Origin: an uncultured bacterium
GTDB taxonomy: Bacteria > Bacteroidota > Bacteroidia > Chitinophagales > CAIODY01
DNA length: 64,000 bases
Reading direction: 5' to 3'
Assembly (NCBI GenBank): GCA_903857255.1
Contig: CAIODY010000115.1
Span: forward strand, 10,068-74,067
The position numbers and the translations under genes were made by a program. Below, piece after piece: positions 26,059 through 36,698 of the stretch (its first letter is position 1; each line of letters opens with the position of its first letter). Below the pieces are notes generated by a model, which was not told where the DNA came from, did not search any database, and saw only the letters and a list, made by a program, of their open reading frames with translations.

Positions 26059-27309
26059 ATGCAGGCGCAGGTTTTTAAATTTGGTGGGGCATCAATAAAA
26101 GATGCAAAGGCAATAAAAAATGTAGGTTCGATTATTCAAAAATTTTCTGCCAATCAGTTGATTGTGGTGGTATCGGCTTTGGGCAAAACCACCAATTTGT
26201 TGGAGCAAATATTGCATGCAAAAATTGCCGACAATTCAATTTGGAAAAGAATTTTGAGCGAATTAAAACAAAGTCATTACAATATTTTAGAACAATTAGG
26301 ATTGGATGAAACATTACTTGATAATTATTTTTATGATTTAGAAAAACAATTTGAAAAAGCAGATAAAGAGCAATACGATTTTCATTATGACCAAACTGTG
26401 AGTTATGGCGAAATGCTTTCTAGCACTATCATTTCGGCTTATTTAATGAAAATAAATTTGCCTATTGAATTGTTGGACGCAAGAAAAATCATCAACACCG
26501 ATGAGCATTATCGCGATGCTAATGTGCAGTTGCATCTCACTCAAAAAAATATTCATGATGCTGTAAAATCACTATTGAATAAAGGTAAAATTGTACTGAC
26601 ACAAGGATTTATTGGTGGTGCAAAAAATGGCGATACTACAACGCTTGGCAGAGAAGGTTCTGATTATACTGCGGCAATTATTAGCCACTGCATTTATGCA
26701 GCAAATATGACTATTTGGAAAGATGTAGAAGGTGTGATGAATGCTGACCCCAAGCAATTTGCCAATGCACAAATCATTAAGCAATTGAGTTATTACGAAG
26801 CTATTGAAATGACTTATTTTGGTGCAAAAGTGATTCACCCCAAAACAATTAAACCGTTGCAAAATTTGAATATTCCATTAGTGGTTCGTTCGTTTGAAAA
26901 CTTAGAAAATTGTGGCACTACTATTTCTTCAACACATTTGCCCATTGAATATCCGCCATTGATTGTGTTGAAAGAAAATCAAAGTTTAATCAGTATTCAA
27001 ACTCGTGATTTTTCATTTATCAGCGAAAAACATTTGCAGCATATTTTCACCGTATTTGCTGATTTTAGAGTTCATCAAAACTTGATGCAAAATGGTGCCA
27101 TCAGCTTCAGTTGTTGCATTGATAAGAATGATAGAGTGGAAGATGGTTTTATAAAACTGCGGAAAGAATTTAAAATATTGGTGAATGAAAATTTACAATT
27201 GCTCACCATCAGGCATTACAACGATGCCATCATTCAGCAATTAACCAAAGGAAAAACAATTTTGTTGGAACAAAAATCAAGAAACACTATTCAATTGGTG
27301 CTACAATAA
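26059..27309 (+). CDS. lysC: Aspartate kinase
   Basis: VFKFGGASIKD N-terminus, GREGSDYTAA motif, C-terminal ACT-like region. Confidence 0.85.
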   Translation: MQAQVFKFGGASIKDAKAIKNVGSIIQKFSANQLIVVVSALGKTTNLLEQILHAKIADNSIWKRILSELKQSHYNILEQLGLDETLLDNYFYDLEKQFEKADKEQYDFHYDQTVSYGEMLSSTIISAYLMKINLPIELLDARKIINTDEHYRDANVQLHLTQKNIHDAVKSLLNKGKIVLTQGFIGGAKNGDTTTLGREGSDYTAAIISHCIYAANMTIWKDVEGVMNADPKQFANAQIIKQLSYYEAIEMTYFGAKVIHPKTIKPLQNLNIPLVVRSFENLENCGTTISSTHLPIEYPPLIVLKENQSLISIQTRDFSFISEKHLQHIFTVFADFRVHQNLMQNGAISFSCCIDKNDRVEDGFIKLRKEFKILVNENLQLLTIRHYNDAIIQQLTKGKTILLEQKSRNTIQLVLQ

Positions 27310-27311
27310 TT

Positions 27312-28643
27312 TTATCGCCCAAAAGGCATGCCTTTCATCATTTTACCAGCACTTTGCAGCTTGTTCATGTTCTTCATCATTTTACGCATTTCATCAAATT
27401 GCTTGATAAAGTTATTTACTTCTTGAATTGAATTTCCGCTACCAGCGGCTAAGCGTTTTCTTCTATTGCCATCAATTAGGTCGGGATTTTTTCTTTCGGC
27501 TGGCGTCATTGATTGAATGATGGCTTCAATCTTTTTAAAGGCATCATCGCTGATATCAATATCTTTAATCGCTTTGCCTACACCTGGAATCATCGCCATC
27601 AAATCTTTGATGTTGCCCATCTTTTTTATTTGATTCAATTGACCCAAAAAATCTTCAAAATCAAATTGATTCTTTCTAATTTTCTGATTTAGTTTTTGTG
27701 CTTCTTTTTCATCATATTGTTCTTGGGCTTTTTCCACCAAACTCACAATATCGCCCATGCCCAAAATTCGTTGCGCCATGCGTTCTGGGTAAAACACATC
27801 CAATGTTTCTAATTTTTCGCCAGTGCTGACAAATTTAATGGGTTTGTTTACCACACTTCGTATGCTCAAAGCCGCACCACCACGGGTATCGCCATCTAAT
27901 TTTGTTAAAACAACACCATCAAAATTTATTCGTTCGTTGAATGTTTTTGCTGTGTTCACCGCATCTTGCCCAGTCATGCTATCCACCACAAACAAGGTTT
28001 CATCAGGCTTCAATTCAGTTTTCAATTGTGCGATTTCATTCATCATCTCTTCGTCAATCGCAATACGACCAGCCGTATCAATAATCACAGTTTGAAAACC
28101 CCGTTCCTTCGCATGTTTCAATGCGTTTTGTGCAATTGATAATGGATTTTTATTTTCCAATTCGATGTAAACTTCAGCACCTATCGAAGTTCCCAACACT
28201 CTCAATTGTTCCATCGCCGCTGGGCGATATACGTCAGCAGCAGTTAATAGTACTGATTTATTTTTCTTAGTTTTTAAATAGTTTGCCAACTTAGCACTGA
28301 AAGTGGTTTTACCCGAACCTTGCAAACCTGCAATTAAAATGATAGAAGGATTTCCTTTCAAATTGATGTCGGTGCTTTGGCTACCCATCAATTCAGTCAA
28401 TTCATCCATCACAATTTTGGTAAACAATTGCCCTGGTGATACAGCCGTGAGTACATTCAAACCCAATGCTTTTTCTTTTACACGGTCAGTAAAATCTTTA
28501 GCAATTTTATAATTCACATCCGCATCAATCAAGGCTTTTCGGATTTCTTTGATGGTGGCTGCAACATTTATTTCCGAAATTCGTCCTTCGCCTTTCAGGG
28601 TTTTGATGGCTTTCTCTAATCTATCTTGTAAACTGGCAAACAT
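27312..28643 (-). CDS. ffh: Signal recognition particle protein Ffh
   Basis: GLQGSGKTT, DTAGR and TKLDGD GTPase motifs, plus a Met-rich M domain. Confidence 0.95.
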   Translation of the reverse strand: MFASLQDRLEKAIKTLKGEGRISEINVAATIKEIRKALIDADVNYKIAKDFTDRVKEKALGLNVLTAVSPGQLFTKIVMDELTELMGSQSTDINLKGNPSIILIAGLQGSGKTTFSAKLANYLKTKKNKSVLLTAADVYRPAAMEQLRVLGTSIGAEVYIELENKNPLSIAQNALKHAKERGFQTVIIDTAGRIAIDEEMMNEIAQLKTELKPDETLFVVDSMTGQDAVNTAKTFNERINFDGVVLTKLDGDTRGGAALSIRSVVNKPIKFVSTGEKLETLDVFYPERMAQRILGMGDIVSLVEKAQEQYDEKEAQKLNQKIRKNQFDFEDFLGQLNQIKKMGNIKDLMAMIPGVGKAIKDIDISDDAFKKIEAIIQSMTPAERKNPDLIDGNRRKRLAAGSGNSIQEVNNFIKQFDEMRKMMKNMNKLQSAGKMMKGMPFGR

Positions 28644-28760
28644 GCGTTAAAAAATTTGAGGTGCGAATATCCGAAAAAATAAGGAAACGCTTGTTGAAAT
28701 TATTAGCATGGAAGTGTTTCTATAGATTAATCAGGTTTTTAGAGAAACGTGTATCAAGGT

Positions 28761-30848
28761 TTATCTTATTACTGCAAAATTGCCTCGTTGTTCTTTGCCG
28801 CTATCTAAATTCTTAACGGAGTATAAGTATAAGCCTTGTACCAAAGCTTGTTTGGCATTGGATAAAATATCATAAGCATGTTCGCCCCCGGGCAAAATCC
28901 GTTTGCTATCATCACCACCAAAAGTGTTGTACCAATCAATATCATCGCCCTTATTAGTAGCAGCATCATGATTAAAGGAAGCAACTATTTCACCACTCAA
29001 AGTATAAATGGTTACTAAGGCATGCGGTGGAAGATTGTAAAAATAAAGTTTGTGTGTTCGGGCTGTGGTGCCATCCCAAGCTGCATCAATAGCATAAGGG
29101 TTGGGATAAACGCCCACCGTAGCTTTATCCGAACTGTCTGCTTTGGTTCCACTCCATACATTAAAAGTATTATTGACCGTTGATGATTCTAACGATTCTA
29201 AATTTAATGCAGGATTACCTTTATCAAATGAAGTAATGGTGATGGCATATTTCCAGCCATTCAGCAAACCAGTCATCGAATAATGATACCAATAAGGTGT
29301 AGTGTCGCCATCAAAAAACTTCGCTTGATTTAATCGGATAGCTGAAAAACCATTGTTGTAACCAATGCTGTCGCCAATTTTATCCCAAGTGGCAATAGGC
29401 ACAGTGGTAATACCGTTGGTTAAATTATTATCGGTGCTAATCATGTTTCTATACAGATTATACCCTTCAAAATCTTTTATTTTACTGATGGGGTCAACGC
29501 TTCGTTCAGCATTTTCATCCCAGTAAATATCAATGGAATTGTTGTTTGGAATAATTTTCACAATAGGTGTGGCAGGTGGCGATGGCAAAATATATCTATC
29601 TAATTTCCCATTGCCATTCAAATCTTCACCGGCATCTAAAACACCATTGTTATTCACATCTTCGCCTTTGTAGGTGCGTTGTGCCCAACTTAAATGTGCA
29701 GCCAATTCACTTCTGTTATTAAAATCATCAACCGTGTTGGGCGAATAAGGTCCGCCTTGTTTTGCACAAACAAATCCAATCACATAATTGATAGACTCAC
29801 CAGGCTGAACACTTCTGTATGGACCAACCGATAGCAATTCAGTTCTGTTATCAGCAGTATTTAAAAAAATATCAGTGGCTAGTGGATTAACACCACTCGA
29901 CATTCTTACATATCTAGTTACATCATCACCCGGAAACCCACTGATATAAGGTGGTGTAGCCGAAATATCTTTATAACGCCAGAAGTTTAGATTCACTTTT
30001 GGTGCTGAATAACCTGCATTGGTAATGGTTGCAGCATTATCAGGATGAAAAAATAAGTTGCGGTATTCACTTCCTAAAAAAAGCATTGCACCGTAAGAAT
30101 TAGTATAGCCGGGGTCTCCATTAAAATCGTAAGCATACACCGCTTTGAATGAATCTAACCAACCGTTGGCTCCTTTATTGAAAAAAGAAGTTCCGCTAGC
30201 AGTGGTAACGCTAATGTTTCTTACAATCAAATCGCTCCAATTGCCTATCCATACCGAATCCCAAGTGTTAGTTGAATTATTGGTGATGGTATAATTTAGT
30301 ATAACAAAGTAATCTGCAAAGCCATAATCCCAAGCATACGATTCTAAATGTACACCAGCATTCAAAGGAATAGTATGTCCTGAAATGGGCGTAATTGTTC
30401 CGGGAACAATGGTATTAGCATCGGTAAAGTCCATCACAAAATCTTGATGCGAAATGGCTGAAGCTGAGTAATAGTTATTGTTGGTTAAAATAGAACGTTG
30501 TGTAATTGAATTACCGATGTTAGATGTGAACTCAAAGCCCGAAGCACCAGTTGTATAGCCACTTGTAGCATCAATCGATGCAGTGGAAACGGCTGTTTGC
30601 CCATTTACCAAAGCACCAATCCATAAGCCACTTTCAAATAAATGTTCTTTGCCTGACTGTTTGGGATATTGCATGGAGGGTTTATTGGCAGAAGCACTTG
30701 CCATCGATGGGTCGCCAATAGTGCCTGCATTGGTTAGCGATAATTGTAAATTACCAACATCCGTAACCACTCGTTGAAAGCTGCTTTGGGCAATGGTTTG
30801 TGAGCTGATAAAAAGTAAAACAAGAAATATTTTATAACTGAATTTCAT
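28761..30848 (-). CDS. Large secreted protein of unknown function with a Ca-binding-like Asp/Asn loop and a FlgD-Ig/T9SS-like C-terminal domain
   Basis: Signal peptide. EDVNNNGVLDAGEDLNGNGKLD loop pair. C-terminus ...GLYLYSVKNLDSGKEQRGNFAVIR. Confidence 0.55.
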   Translation of the reverse strand: MKFSYKIFLVLLFISSQTIAQSSFQRVVTDVGNLQLSLTNAGTIGDPSMASASANKPSMQYPKQSGKEHLFESGLWIGALVNGQTAVSTASIDATSGYTTGASGFEFTSNIGNSITQRSILTNNNYYSASAISHQDFVMDFTDANTIVPGTITPISGHTIPLNAGVHLESYAWDYGFADYFVILNYTITNNSTNTWDSVWIGNWSDLIVRNISVTTASGTSFFNKGANGWLDSFKAVYAYDFNGDPGYTNSYGAMLFLGSEYRNLFFHPDNAATITNAGYSAPKVNLNFWRYKDISATPPYISGFPGDDVTRYVRMSSGVNPLATDIFLNTADNRTELLSVGPYRSVQPGESINYVIGFVCAKQGGPYSPNTVDDFNNRSELAAHLSWAQRTYKGEDVNNNGVLDAGEDLNGNGKLDRYILPSPPATPIVKIIPNNNSIDIYWDENAERSVDPISKIKDFEGYNLYRNMISTDNNLTNGITTVPIATWDKIGDSIGYNNGFSAIRLNQAKFFDGDTTPYWYHYSMTGLLNGWKYAITITSFDKGNPALNLESLESSTVNNTFNVWSGTKADSSDKATVGVYPNPYAIDAAWDGTTARTHKLYFYNLPPHALVTIYTLSGEIVASFNHDAATNKGDDIDWYNTFGGDDSKRILPGGEHAYDILSNAKQALVQGLYLYSVKNLDSGKEQRGNFAVIR

Positions 30849-30961
30849 TTTTATTTTTGAAAAAACGAAGAAACAAAAAAAAATTGAATGGTGTGTTATG
30901 GGGAAATTAAATTGAAGTACATTTCAAATAAAGAATGGAATAGAGATTATTCTATTTTGTG

Positions 30962-31006
30962 TACAACAATTTGCATTATACATTTTGCATAATGCAAATT
31001 GTTGTA
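30962..31006. repeat. Palindrome with perfect 18-bp arms immediately upstream of the ATPase gene
   Basis: TACAACAATTTGCATTAT, 9-nt spacer, ATAATGCAAATTGTTGTA. Confidence 0.85.
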
Positions 31007-31018
31007 TAGATTTGCATC

Positions 31019-32149
31019 ATGACAAATTTATTTGAAACTAATCCATTTCCAGTTAATAATTACTACAATGAAGATTTGTTTTGTGACCGAGTGAGAGAAA
31101 CAAAACTATTGCAAAGCAATGCTTTGAATGGTATTAACACCATTTTATTAGCGGAACGCCGAATGGGAAAAACAGGGTTGTTGCATCATACTTTTCATAC
31201 TTTGCCCAAACGATGCAGCGGCATTTATGTAGATATTTTTGCTACTACTAATTTAAAAGATTTTACGAATCTGATTGCATCAGCCATCCTAAAAGCATTT
31301 CCTGAAAAAAATTCGATTGGTAAAAAATTCATGTTGTTGTTAAAATCATTTCGACCTGTATTTAGTTTTGATAGCTTCAGTGGTGCACCTGAAGTTAGTT
31401 TCGATTTTGCTCAAACCAAACAATATGAAAACAGTTTGGCACAACTTTTAAAATTTTTAGATAATCAAAACCGCCCCATAATTATTGCTATTGACGAGTT
31501 TCAGCAAATATTAAATTTCCCTGAAAAGAATGTGGAAGCATATTTAAGAAGCATTATTCAACAACTAAAAAACGTAACATTTATTTTTAGTGGCAGTAGT
31601 CAGCATTTATTAGCTGATATGTTTAATAATGTAAAACGACCATTTTTTGCCAGTACGCAATCCATCTATTTACATGAAATTGATAAGAAAATTTACAATG
31701 ATTTTATCAAACAAAAATTCGCCGAACGTAAACGTACTATAAGCAATGAAGCATTAGAATTTGTTTTAGATTTCACTAAACAACATACCTATTACACTCA
31801 AACATTGTGTAATAAAATATTTGGCATGGGCATAAAAAAAATAAATTTAGTTGATGCACAACATGCAGCTTATGAATTGTTAAAGGAAAATGAAACCGTT
31901 TATTTTCAGTATCGAACTTTGTTAACTACTAATCAGTGGCAATTATTAAAAGCCATCGCTAAAGAAGATATGGTGTATCAACCATCGGCTAAAAAATTTA
32001 TTTATGACTACCATTTAGGTACACCAGCTAATGTACAACGCAGCTTGGAGGCTCTTTTAAATAAAGAAATGATTTTTTGCCGAAAAGACGAAAAAGGGAA
32101 TTATTACAGAGTGTACGATTGCTTTTTAGGGCGTTGGTTAGCGAAGTAA
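31019..32149 (+). CDS. AAA-type ATP-binding protein (archaeal-ATPase/DUF234-like family)
   Basis: Walker A LAERRMGKTGL, Walker B IIIAIDEFQ, and a C-terminal winged-helix-like tail. Stand-alone gene between convergent and divergent neighbours. Confidence 0.75.
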   Translation: MTNLFETNPFPVNNYYNEDLFCDRVRETKLLQSNALNGINTILLAERRMGKTGLLHHTFHTLPKRCSGIYVDIFATTNLKDFTNLIASAILKAFPEKNSIGKKFMLLLKSFRPVFSFDSFSGAPEVSFDFAQTKQYENSLAQLLKFLDNQNRPIIIAIDEFQQILNFPEKNVEAYLRSIIQQLKNVTFIFSGSSQHLLADMFNNVKRPFFASTQSIYLHEIDKKIYNDFIKQKFAERKRTISNEALEFVLDFTKQHTYYTQTLCNKIFGMGIKKINLVDAQHAAYELLKENETVYFQYRTLLTTNQWQLLKAIAKEDMVYQPSAKKFIYDYHLGTPANVQRSLEALLNKEMIFCRKDEKGNYYRVYDCFLGRWLAK

Positions 32150-32153
32150 ACTA

Positions 32154-32184
32154 TACAACATTTTGCATAATGCGTTTTGTTGTA
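32154..32184. repeat. Related imperfect palindrome immediately downstream of the ATPase gene
   Basis: TACAACATTTTGCATAATGCGTTTTGTTGTA. It shares ATTTTGCATAATGC...TTGTTGTAT with the upstream element, in direct orientation. Confidence 0.8.
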
Positions 32185-32189
32185 TTTAA

Positions 32190-33395
32190 TTACTTTCTCA
32201 AAAATTCATAAAATTCTTTGGCAATAATCTCTCTATCAAATTTTTGTTTTACAAATTTAGTGGCATTTGTTTTTAATGATTGTAGCAAACCAGTATCTTT
32301 TTTCAATTCTGCAATTCGCTTTGCTAATTGTTCAGCATTTTCAGGTTCAAAATGCAAAACACATTTTCCTTCTTCCACAAAAATTTCTTTTGCTTCGCCG
32401 TCAACACCCATTATTACAGGGCATCCGAGTGCTAAAGGCTCAAATATTTTTGATGGGATTGCTCCTAAAAATAAATCCAATTTTTTTAAAGGAACGATGT
32501 AAGCATTGCATGCAGCAACTATTGCTGGAATTTCTTTCTTTGGAGTGTTAGGAATGAACAACACATTTTTCAAGCTCAATTCAGCCACCAACGCTTTTAA
32601 ATTTTCTTTTTCTGGGCCATCACCAACCAAAACAAATTGCACATCTTGTAAAATATTGGCGGCTTTAATAATTACCTCTAGCCCTTGTGCATAACCAATT
32701 ACACCAGCATACATCACTACAAATTTTTCTTCGGTTATGTTGTTTGCTTTTCTAAATGACGAAGTTTCAACCGCTAAATATTGACTGAAATCAAAACCAT
32801 TTCGCCACCAAAATATTTTTTTGTTAGGAAATCTGTCGCTTATATTTTTGCAAATGCCTTGCGTTTGTCCGCTAATAAAATCTGAATTTCTATAACACCA
32901 ATGTTCTAACCAGGTAGCAGCCGCCAGCATTTTTTTATTAGTTACGATGCCTAATTTTTCTGCACTTTCGGGCCATAAATCAGAAACATTAAAACACAAT
33001 TTGCTGCCACGAATCCATTTCATCCACACGGCAGTAATGCCTAAAAACAAAGGTGGCGATTCACAAATGATTAAATCAAATTTCTTCAATTTTAAAATTC
33101 CAATGAAGAATGAAGTGAAAACAAAAGAAAAATAATTGAGCAATCGTGCAACAATTCCTTTGCTGTTTTTTGCATAAATCCAACTGCGATGAACGGTAAT
33201 GTTTTCAACCGTTTCTTTACAATAGAATTTGTTTCGGTAACTCTCAAACACCTGCATTTTCGGGTAATTGGGCATGGCAGTTAATACTTCTACTTCATCG
33301 CCAAGCTGCACTAAAAATTTGGCTAAACTGCTCAAGCGATTTTGTGGAGCACCAGTTTCGGGTGGATAATATTGTGTAAGAACTAAAATTTTCAT
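32190..33395 (-). CDS. Glycosyltransferase family 4 (WbuB-like)
   Basis: MKILVLTQYYPPETGAPQNRLSSLAKFL N-terminus, typical of WbuB-type GT4 enzymes. Confidence 0.8.
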   Translation of the reverse strand: MKILVLTQYYPPETGAPQNRLSSLAKFLVQLGDEVEVLTAMPNYPKMQVFESYRNKFYCKETVENITVHRSWIYAKNSKGIVARLLNYFSFVFTSFFIGILKLKKFDLIICESPPLFLGITAVWMKWIRGSKLCFNVSDLWPESAEKLGIVTNKKMLAAATWLEHWCYRNSDFISGQTQGICKNISDRFPNKKIFWWRNGFDFSQYLAVETSSFRKANNITEEKFVVMYAGVIGYAQGLEVIIKAANILQDVQFVLVGDGPEKENLKALVAELSLKNVLFIPNTPKKEIPAIVAACNAYIVPLKKLDLFLGAIPSKIFEPLALGCPVIMGVDGEAKEIFVEEGKCVLHFEPENAEQLAKRIAELKKDTGLLQSLKTNATKFVKQKFDREIIAKEFYEFLRK

Positions 33396-34465
33396 TTCAA
33401 CAATTCGGCAACTATTTGTTTTCCAGCATCGGCATTTCCATATAAATTAATGCTGAAATTATTTTGCTTGTGCAACATGATTTCAAACGCAGAAAGAATT
33501 TTTTGTTCATCAGCTCCAGTAATCATATTGAATCCATTTTCTACTAATTCCACCCATTCGGTTTGCTCACGAAGTGTAACACAATTTTTTTGAAAGAAAA
33601 ATGCTTCCTTCTGTAAGCCGCCACTGTCAGTCATTACAAGGCTACAATTTTTCAACAATTCAATCATATCAAAATAACCAACAGGGTCAATCAATTGAAA
33701 ATTGGCTTTTAAATTATTTTGACCAATTATTTTTCTGGTTCGTGGATGAATGGGTAAAATGATGGAATGCGTTTCAGCAATTTTATTTAATGCCGAAAAA
33801 ATGCTTTTTAAATTATTCAAATCATCCGTGTTTTCGGCACGATGCAAAGTGCAAAGCACAAAATCTTTTAGTGGATATTTTTTCAAGACTGTACTTTTTT
33901 TTATGGATGTTTTAGCGTAAAACATCGCAGCGTCATACATCACATCGCCTGTCATTACTATCTGGCAATCAATGTTGTCATATCCTTCGTTCTTTAAATT
34001 TTTTATGGCTGTCGTTGTCGGGCAAAATAAAATATCCGAAATTCTATCGGTTAAAATTCGATTTACTTCTTCGGGCATTCGCATATTGAAACTACGTAAA
34101 CCTGCTTCTACATGAGCAACTTTGATGTGAATTTTCTTTGCTGCTAATGCACCTGCCAAAGTAGAATTAGTATCACCATAGACCAAAACATAATCTGGTT
34201 TTTCATCTAAACAAATTTTTTCAATGCCCTCCAACATTTGCCCTGTCATAGCGCCATGGCTCAATCCGTTGATGTTTAAATTATAATTTGGTTTTGGAAT
34301 TTGCATTTCATCAAAGAAAATATCGCTCATATTTTTGTCGAAATGCTGCCCAGTGTGAACAATTATTTCTTGCAAAGAATTGCTTTCTAAAATCGCACGG
34401 CTTACCACCGCAGCTTTTACAAACTGTGGTCGGGCACCGATTACTGTGAGAATTTTTTTATTCAA
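33392..34465 (-). CDS. wecB: UDP-N-acetylglucosamine 2-epimerase (non-hydrolysing)
   Basis: VIGARPQFVKAA N-terminus and HVEAGLRS motif. 4-bp overlap with the downstream GT4 gene. Confidence 0.85.
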   Translation of the reverse strand: MNKKILTVIGARPQFVKAAVVSRAILESNSLQEIIVHTGQHFDKNMSDIFFDEMQIPKPNYNLNINGLSHGAMTGQMLEGIEKICLDEKPDYVLVYGDTNSTLAGALAAKKIHIKVAHVEAGLRSFNMRMPEEVNRILTDRISDILFCPTTTAIKNLKNEGYDNIDCQIVMTGDVMYDAAMFYAKTSIKKSTVLKKYPLKDFVLCTLHRAENTDDLNNLKSIFSALNKIAETHSIILPIHPRTRKIIGQNNLKANFQLIDPVGYFDMIELLKNCSLVMTDSGGLQKEAFFFQKNCVTLREQTEWVELVENGFNMITGADEQKILSAFEIMLHKQNNFSINLYGNADAGKQIVAELLK

Positions 34466-35729
34466 TGGATAATTTTTTAGAACTCAACAAATATAGAAAA
34501 CAATAAAACGCTGCAAAGAAAACTACCCCAGCTTGTGTGTTAAGCATGGATTCAAAAAGAATGTTAATGGAAAATGCCACACCAAATAAAGTGAGTAAAA
34601 TATTCTTTCTTATCAGTCCATTTATAATTGTGCCGATGGATAATAGTAAAATGAATAAGCTGCCCAAAATGCCCAATTGTAGCGTACTTTCAATGTATTG
34701 ATTGTGGCAGTTTAAATGTTTGTGAGCAAGTACTTCTAAATTGTTTTTGCTGTATTCCGCTTCTAATTCATCAATCACATCACCAGTTCCAACGCCTAAC
34801 AACCAGTTTGTTTGAATTAAATGAATAGCAGTTTTTGTAGCATAAATTCTTTGTCCGTTACTACTTTCCGAAGAAGCATTTGGGTCAACATTTTGTGGAT
34901 GAAAAATTTCAGCAGTCATAGATTTGAATGATTCAAATCGTGGATTTTTTTTCACAACAAAAAATAATACGACCGATAAACAAACAAACAAACCAAGTCC
35001 AATCCATCTATGTTTTGATTGCCAAATTTGCTTTGCAAAGAATATTGCAAAGGTTGTTAAATAAGCTATCATACCTGCTTTTGACGAGAGGAAATAGATA
35101 GTAAAAGCGAATAGCAAAATAGTTAAAAGGCAAATTAATTTTATTGTCTTTTTATTGCTTTGCTGAAACAATACTAAACAAAAAAACGAAGCAATGTTAA
35201 GATACAATGTAAAATAAGCAACATGTAAAAACAAAGAAAATTCGGCGTAAGAAGGTAAGATTCCACCATTTTGCAAGAATTCTTTGTGCAGAAAATATTT
35301 GTTTACAATTCCAATTACAATGCAGTAAATGGCTGCAATTGTATTACCAATGATGAAATTTTTAAAGAGTAAATTTTTGTTGGAAATAATTTCAAACCGA
35401 TTGGCGTAAAATAAAATAGGAAAAATGAGCAATGATAATTTTTGTTGAACATCAAAAATTCCTTCATGAAAATTATTTGTCCAAAGCAAACCAACTACAT
35501 GCAAAAAATAAAAAAACTGCAACCAAATCAATGGGTTTTTGATAGAAACAAAACCTTTTAAGTTTTTCCATTTCTTAAAGTATAAAAAATCTAAAGCAAT
35601 AGGAATAATACTCCAAACAACTACTTTGCCGCCAAAGGGAAAACAAAATAAAAATATGCAGAACCACAGTATGGTTGAATGTTTGCTATTCTGTTTTAAG
35701 CAATTATACATATAGCAGAAGGTATTCAA
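34458..35729 (-). CDS. O-antigen ligase/polymerase family membrane protein (Wzy_C-type)
   Basis: Polytopic membrane protein. The HNQYIESTLQLGILG motif is characteristic of the Wzy_C domain. Confidence 0.7.
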   Translation of the reverse strand: MNTFCYMYNCLKQNSKHSTILWFCIFLFCFPFGGKVVVWSIIPIALDFLYFKKWKNLKGFVSIKNPLIWLQFFYFLHVVGLLWTNNFHEGIFDVQQKLSLLIFPILFYANRFEIISNKNLLFKNFIIGNTIAAIYCIVIGIVNKYFLHKEFLQNGGILPSYAEFSLFLHVAYFTLYLNIASFFCLVLFQQSNKKTIKLICLLTILLFAFTIYFLSSKAGMIAYLTTFAIFFAKQIWQSKHRWIGLGLFVCLSVVLFFVVKKNPRFESFKSMTAEIFHPQNVDPNASSESSNGQRIYATKTAIHLIQTNWLLGVGTGDVIDELEAEYSKNNLEVLAHKHLNCHNQYIESTLQLGILGSLFILLLSIGTIINGLIRKNILLTLFGVAFSINILFESMLNTQAGVVFFAAFYCFLYLLSSKKLSIE

Positions 35730-35732
35730 ATT

Positions 35733-36698
35733 TTATTTGGTGGATAAATTATTGTAAATTGTCATTATCTTTTTTAAAGTATTGTCAGCGTCTATTTGTT
35801 GCTTCCTAAGTTCTTCTCTGCCATTCGAGCGAATATTTTTATTCAACACATCTTCAATTGCAATAGCTAATTCATCGGCATTTTGCAAACAAATTTTATG
35901 TGGTGAAGTATTGCTAATTCTTTCTACTACATCGCCCACATCGGTTGATACAATAGGTAAATTACAAGCCATTGCTTCTTTTACAATAGTAGGACTACCT
36001 TCTGAATTGCTGCATACCAATAAACAATCTGCAGCATTTAGCATCAAATTAATTTTATCAGGTTCAACTTTTCCATTTAAAATTTCTAACCGAAAATCAT
36101 TACTTTTTGATGTCAAAATTTTAGCTACGGCATTAGCAATATCTAATCGTTTGATGTTTGGATTGTTAGCATTGAAAAGTATAATTTTTTCTTTTGCATT
36201 CCACTGTAGTTGTTGTCGGGCGATGGTTTTATCAATTTCGTAAAATTGCTGTAATTCAATCCCATTAGGTAATACAACAGCTTTTTTCTTGCCAAAAAAT
36301 ATTTTATCTTTTAAACCACTACTCACACAAATTATTTTTTTTGATAACAAACAAGCAATTTGGGTAGAGCATCTTGCCATTAAATCTTTTGCAAAACCAT
36401 CGGTGGGTGTGTGGTTAATATCGCTACCTTGCAAGGTAATAACAATAGGAACAGAACGAGTTATTAGATTCATGTATAGTGCACTCCACGAACCATATTG
36501 ATTATGAATAATTGTAGGCTTAAATTCAGTAATTGTTTTTTTTATTTCTTTCTTTTTTTTAAATAAATAAATAAGTGATTTGCTTTCTAAAAAAATAGTC
36601 TTACATGCTCTGGCATGGCTGATTGATTCTATTTGCCTTTGTGCAAATAGCATATTGTTTTTATCTGCTGGACCAGGTATTGTAAATAAAATTTTCAT
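35733..36698 (-). CDS. Glycosyltransferase (GT4/GT1-like)
   Basis: The C-terminal EGSPTIVKEAMACNLPIVSTDVGD segment is the GT-B nucleotide-sugar binding E-x7-E region. Confidence 0.7.
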   Translation of the reverse strand: MKILFTIPGPADKNNMLFAQRQIESISHARACKTIFLESKSLIYLFKKKKEIKKTITEFKPTIIHNQYGSWSALYMNLITRSVPIVITLQGSDINHTPTDGFAKDLMARCSTQIACLLSKKIICVSSGLKDKIFFGKKKAVVLPNGIELQQFYEIDKTIARQQLQWNAKEKIILFNANNPNIKRLDIANAVAKILTSKSNDFRLEILNGKVEPDKINLMLNAADCLLVCSNSEGSPTIVKEAMACNLPIVSTDVGDVVERISNTSPHKICLQNADELAIAIEDVLNKNIRSNGREELRKQQIDADNTLKKIMTIYNNLSTK

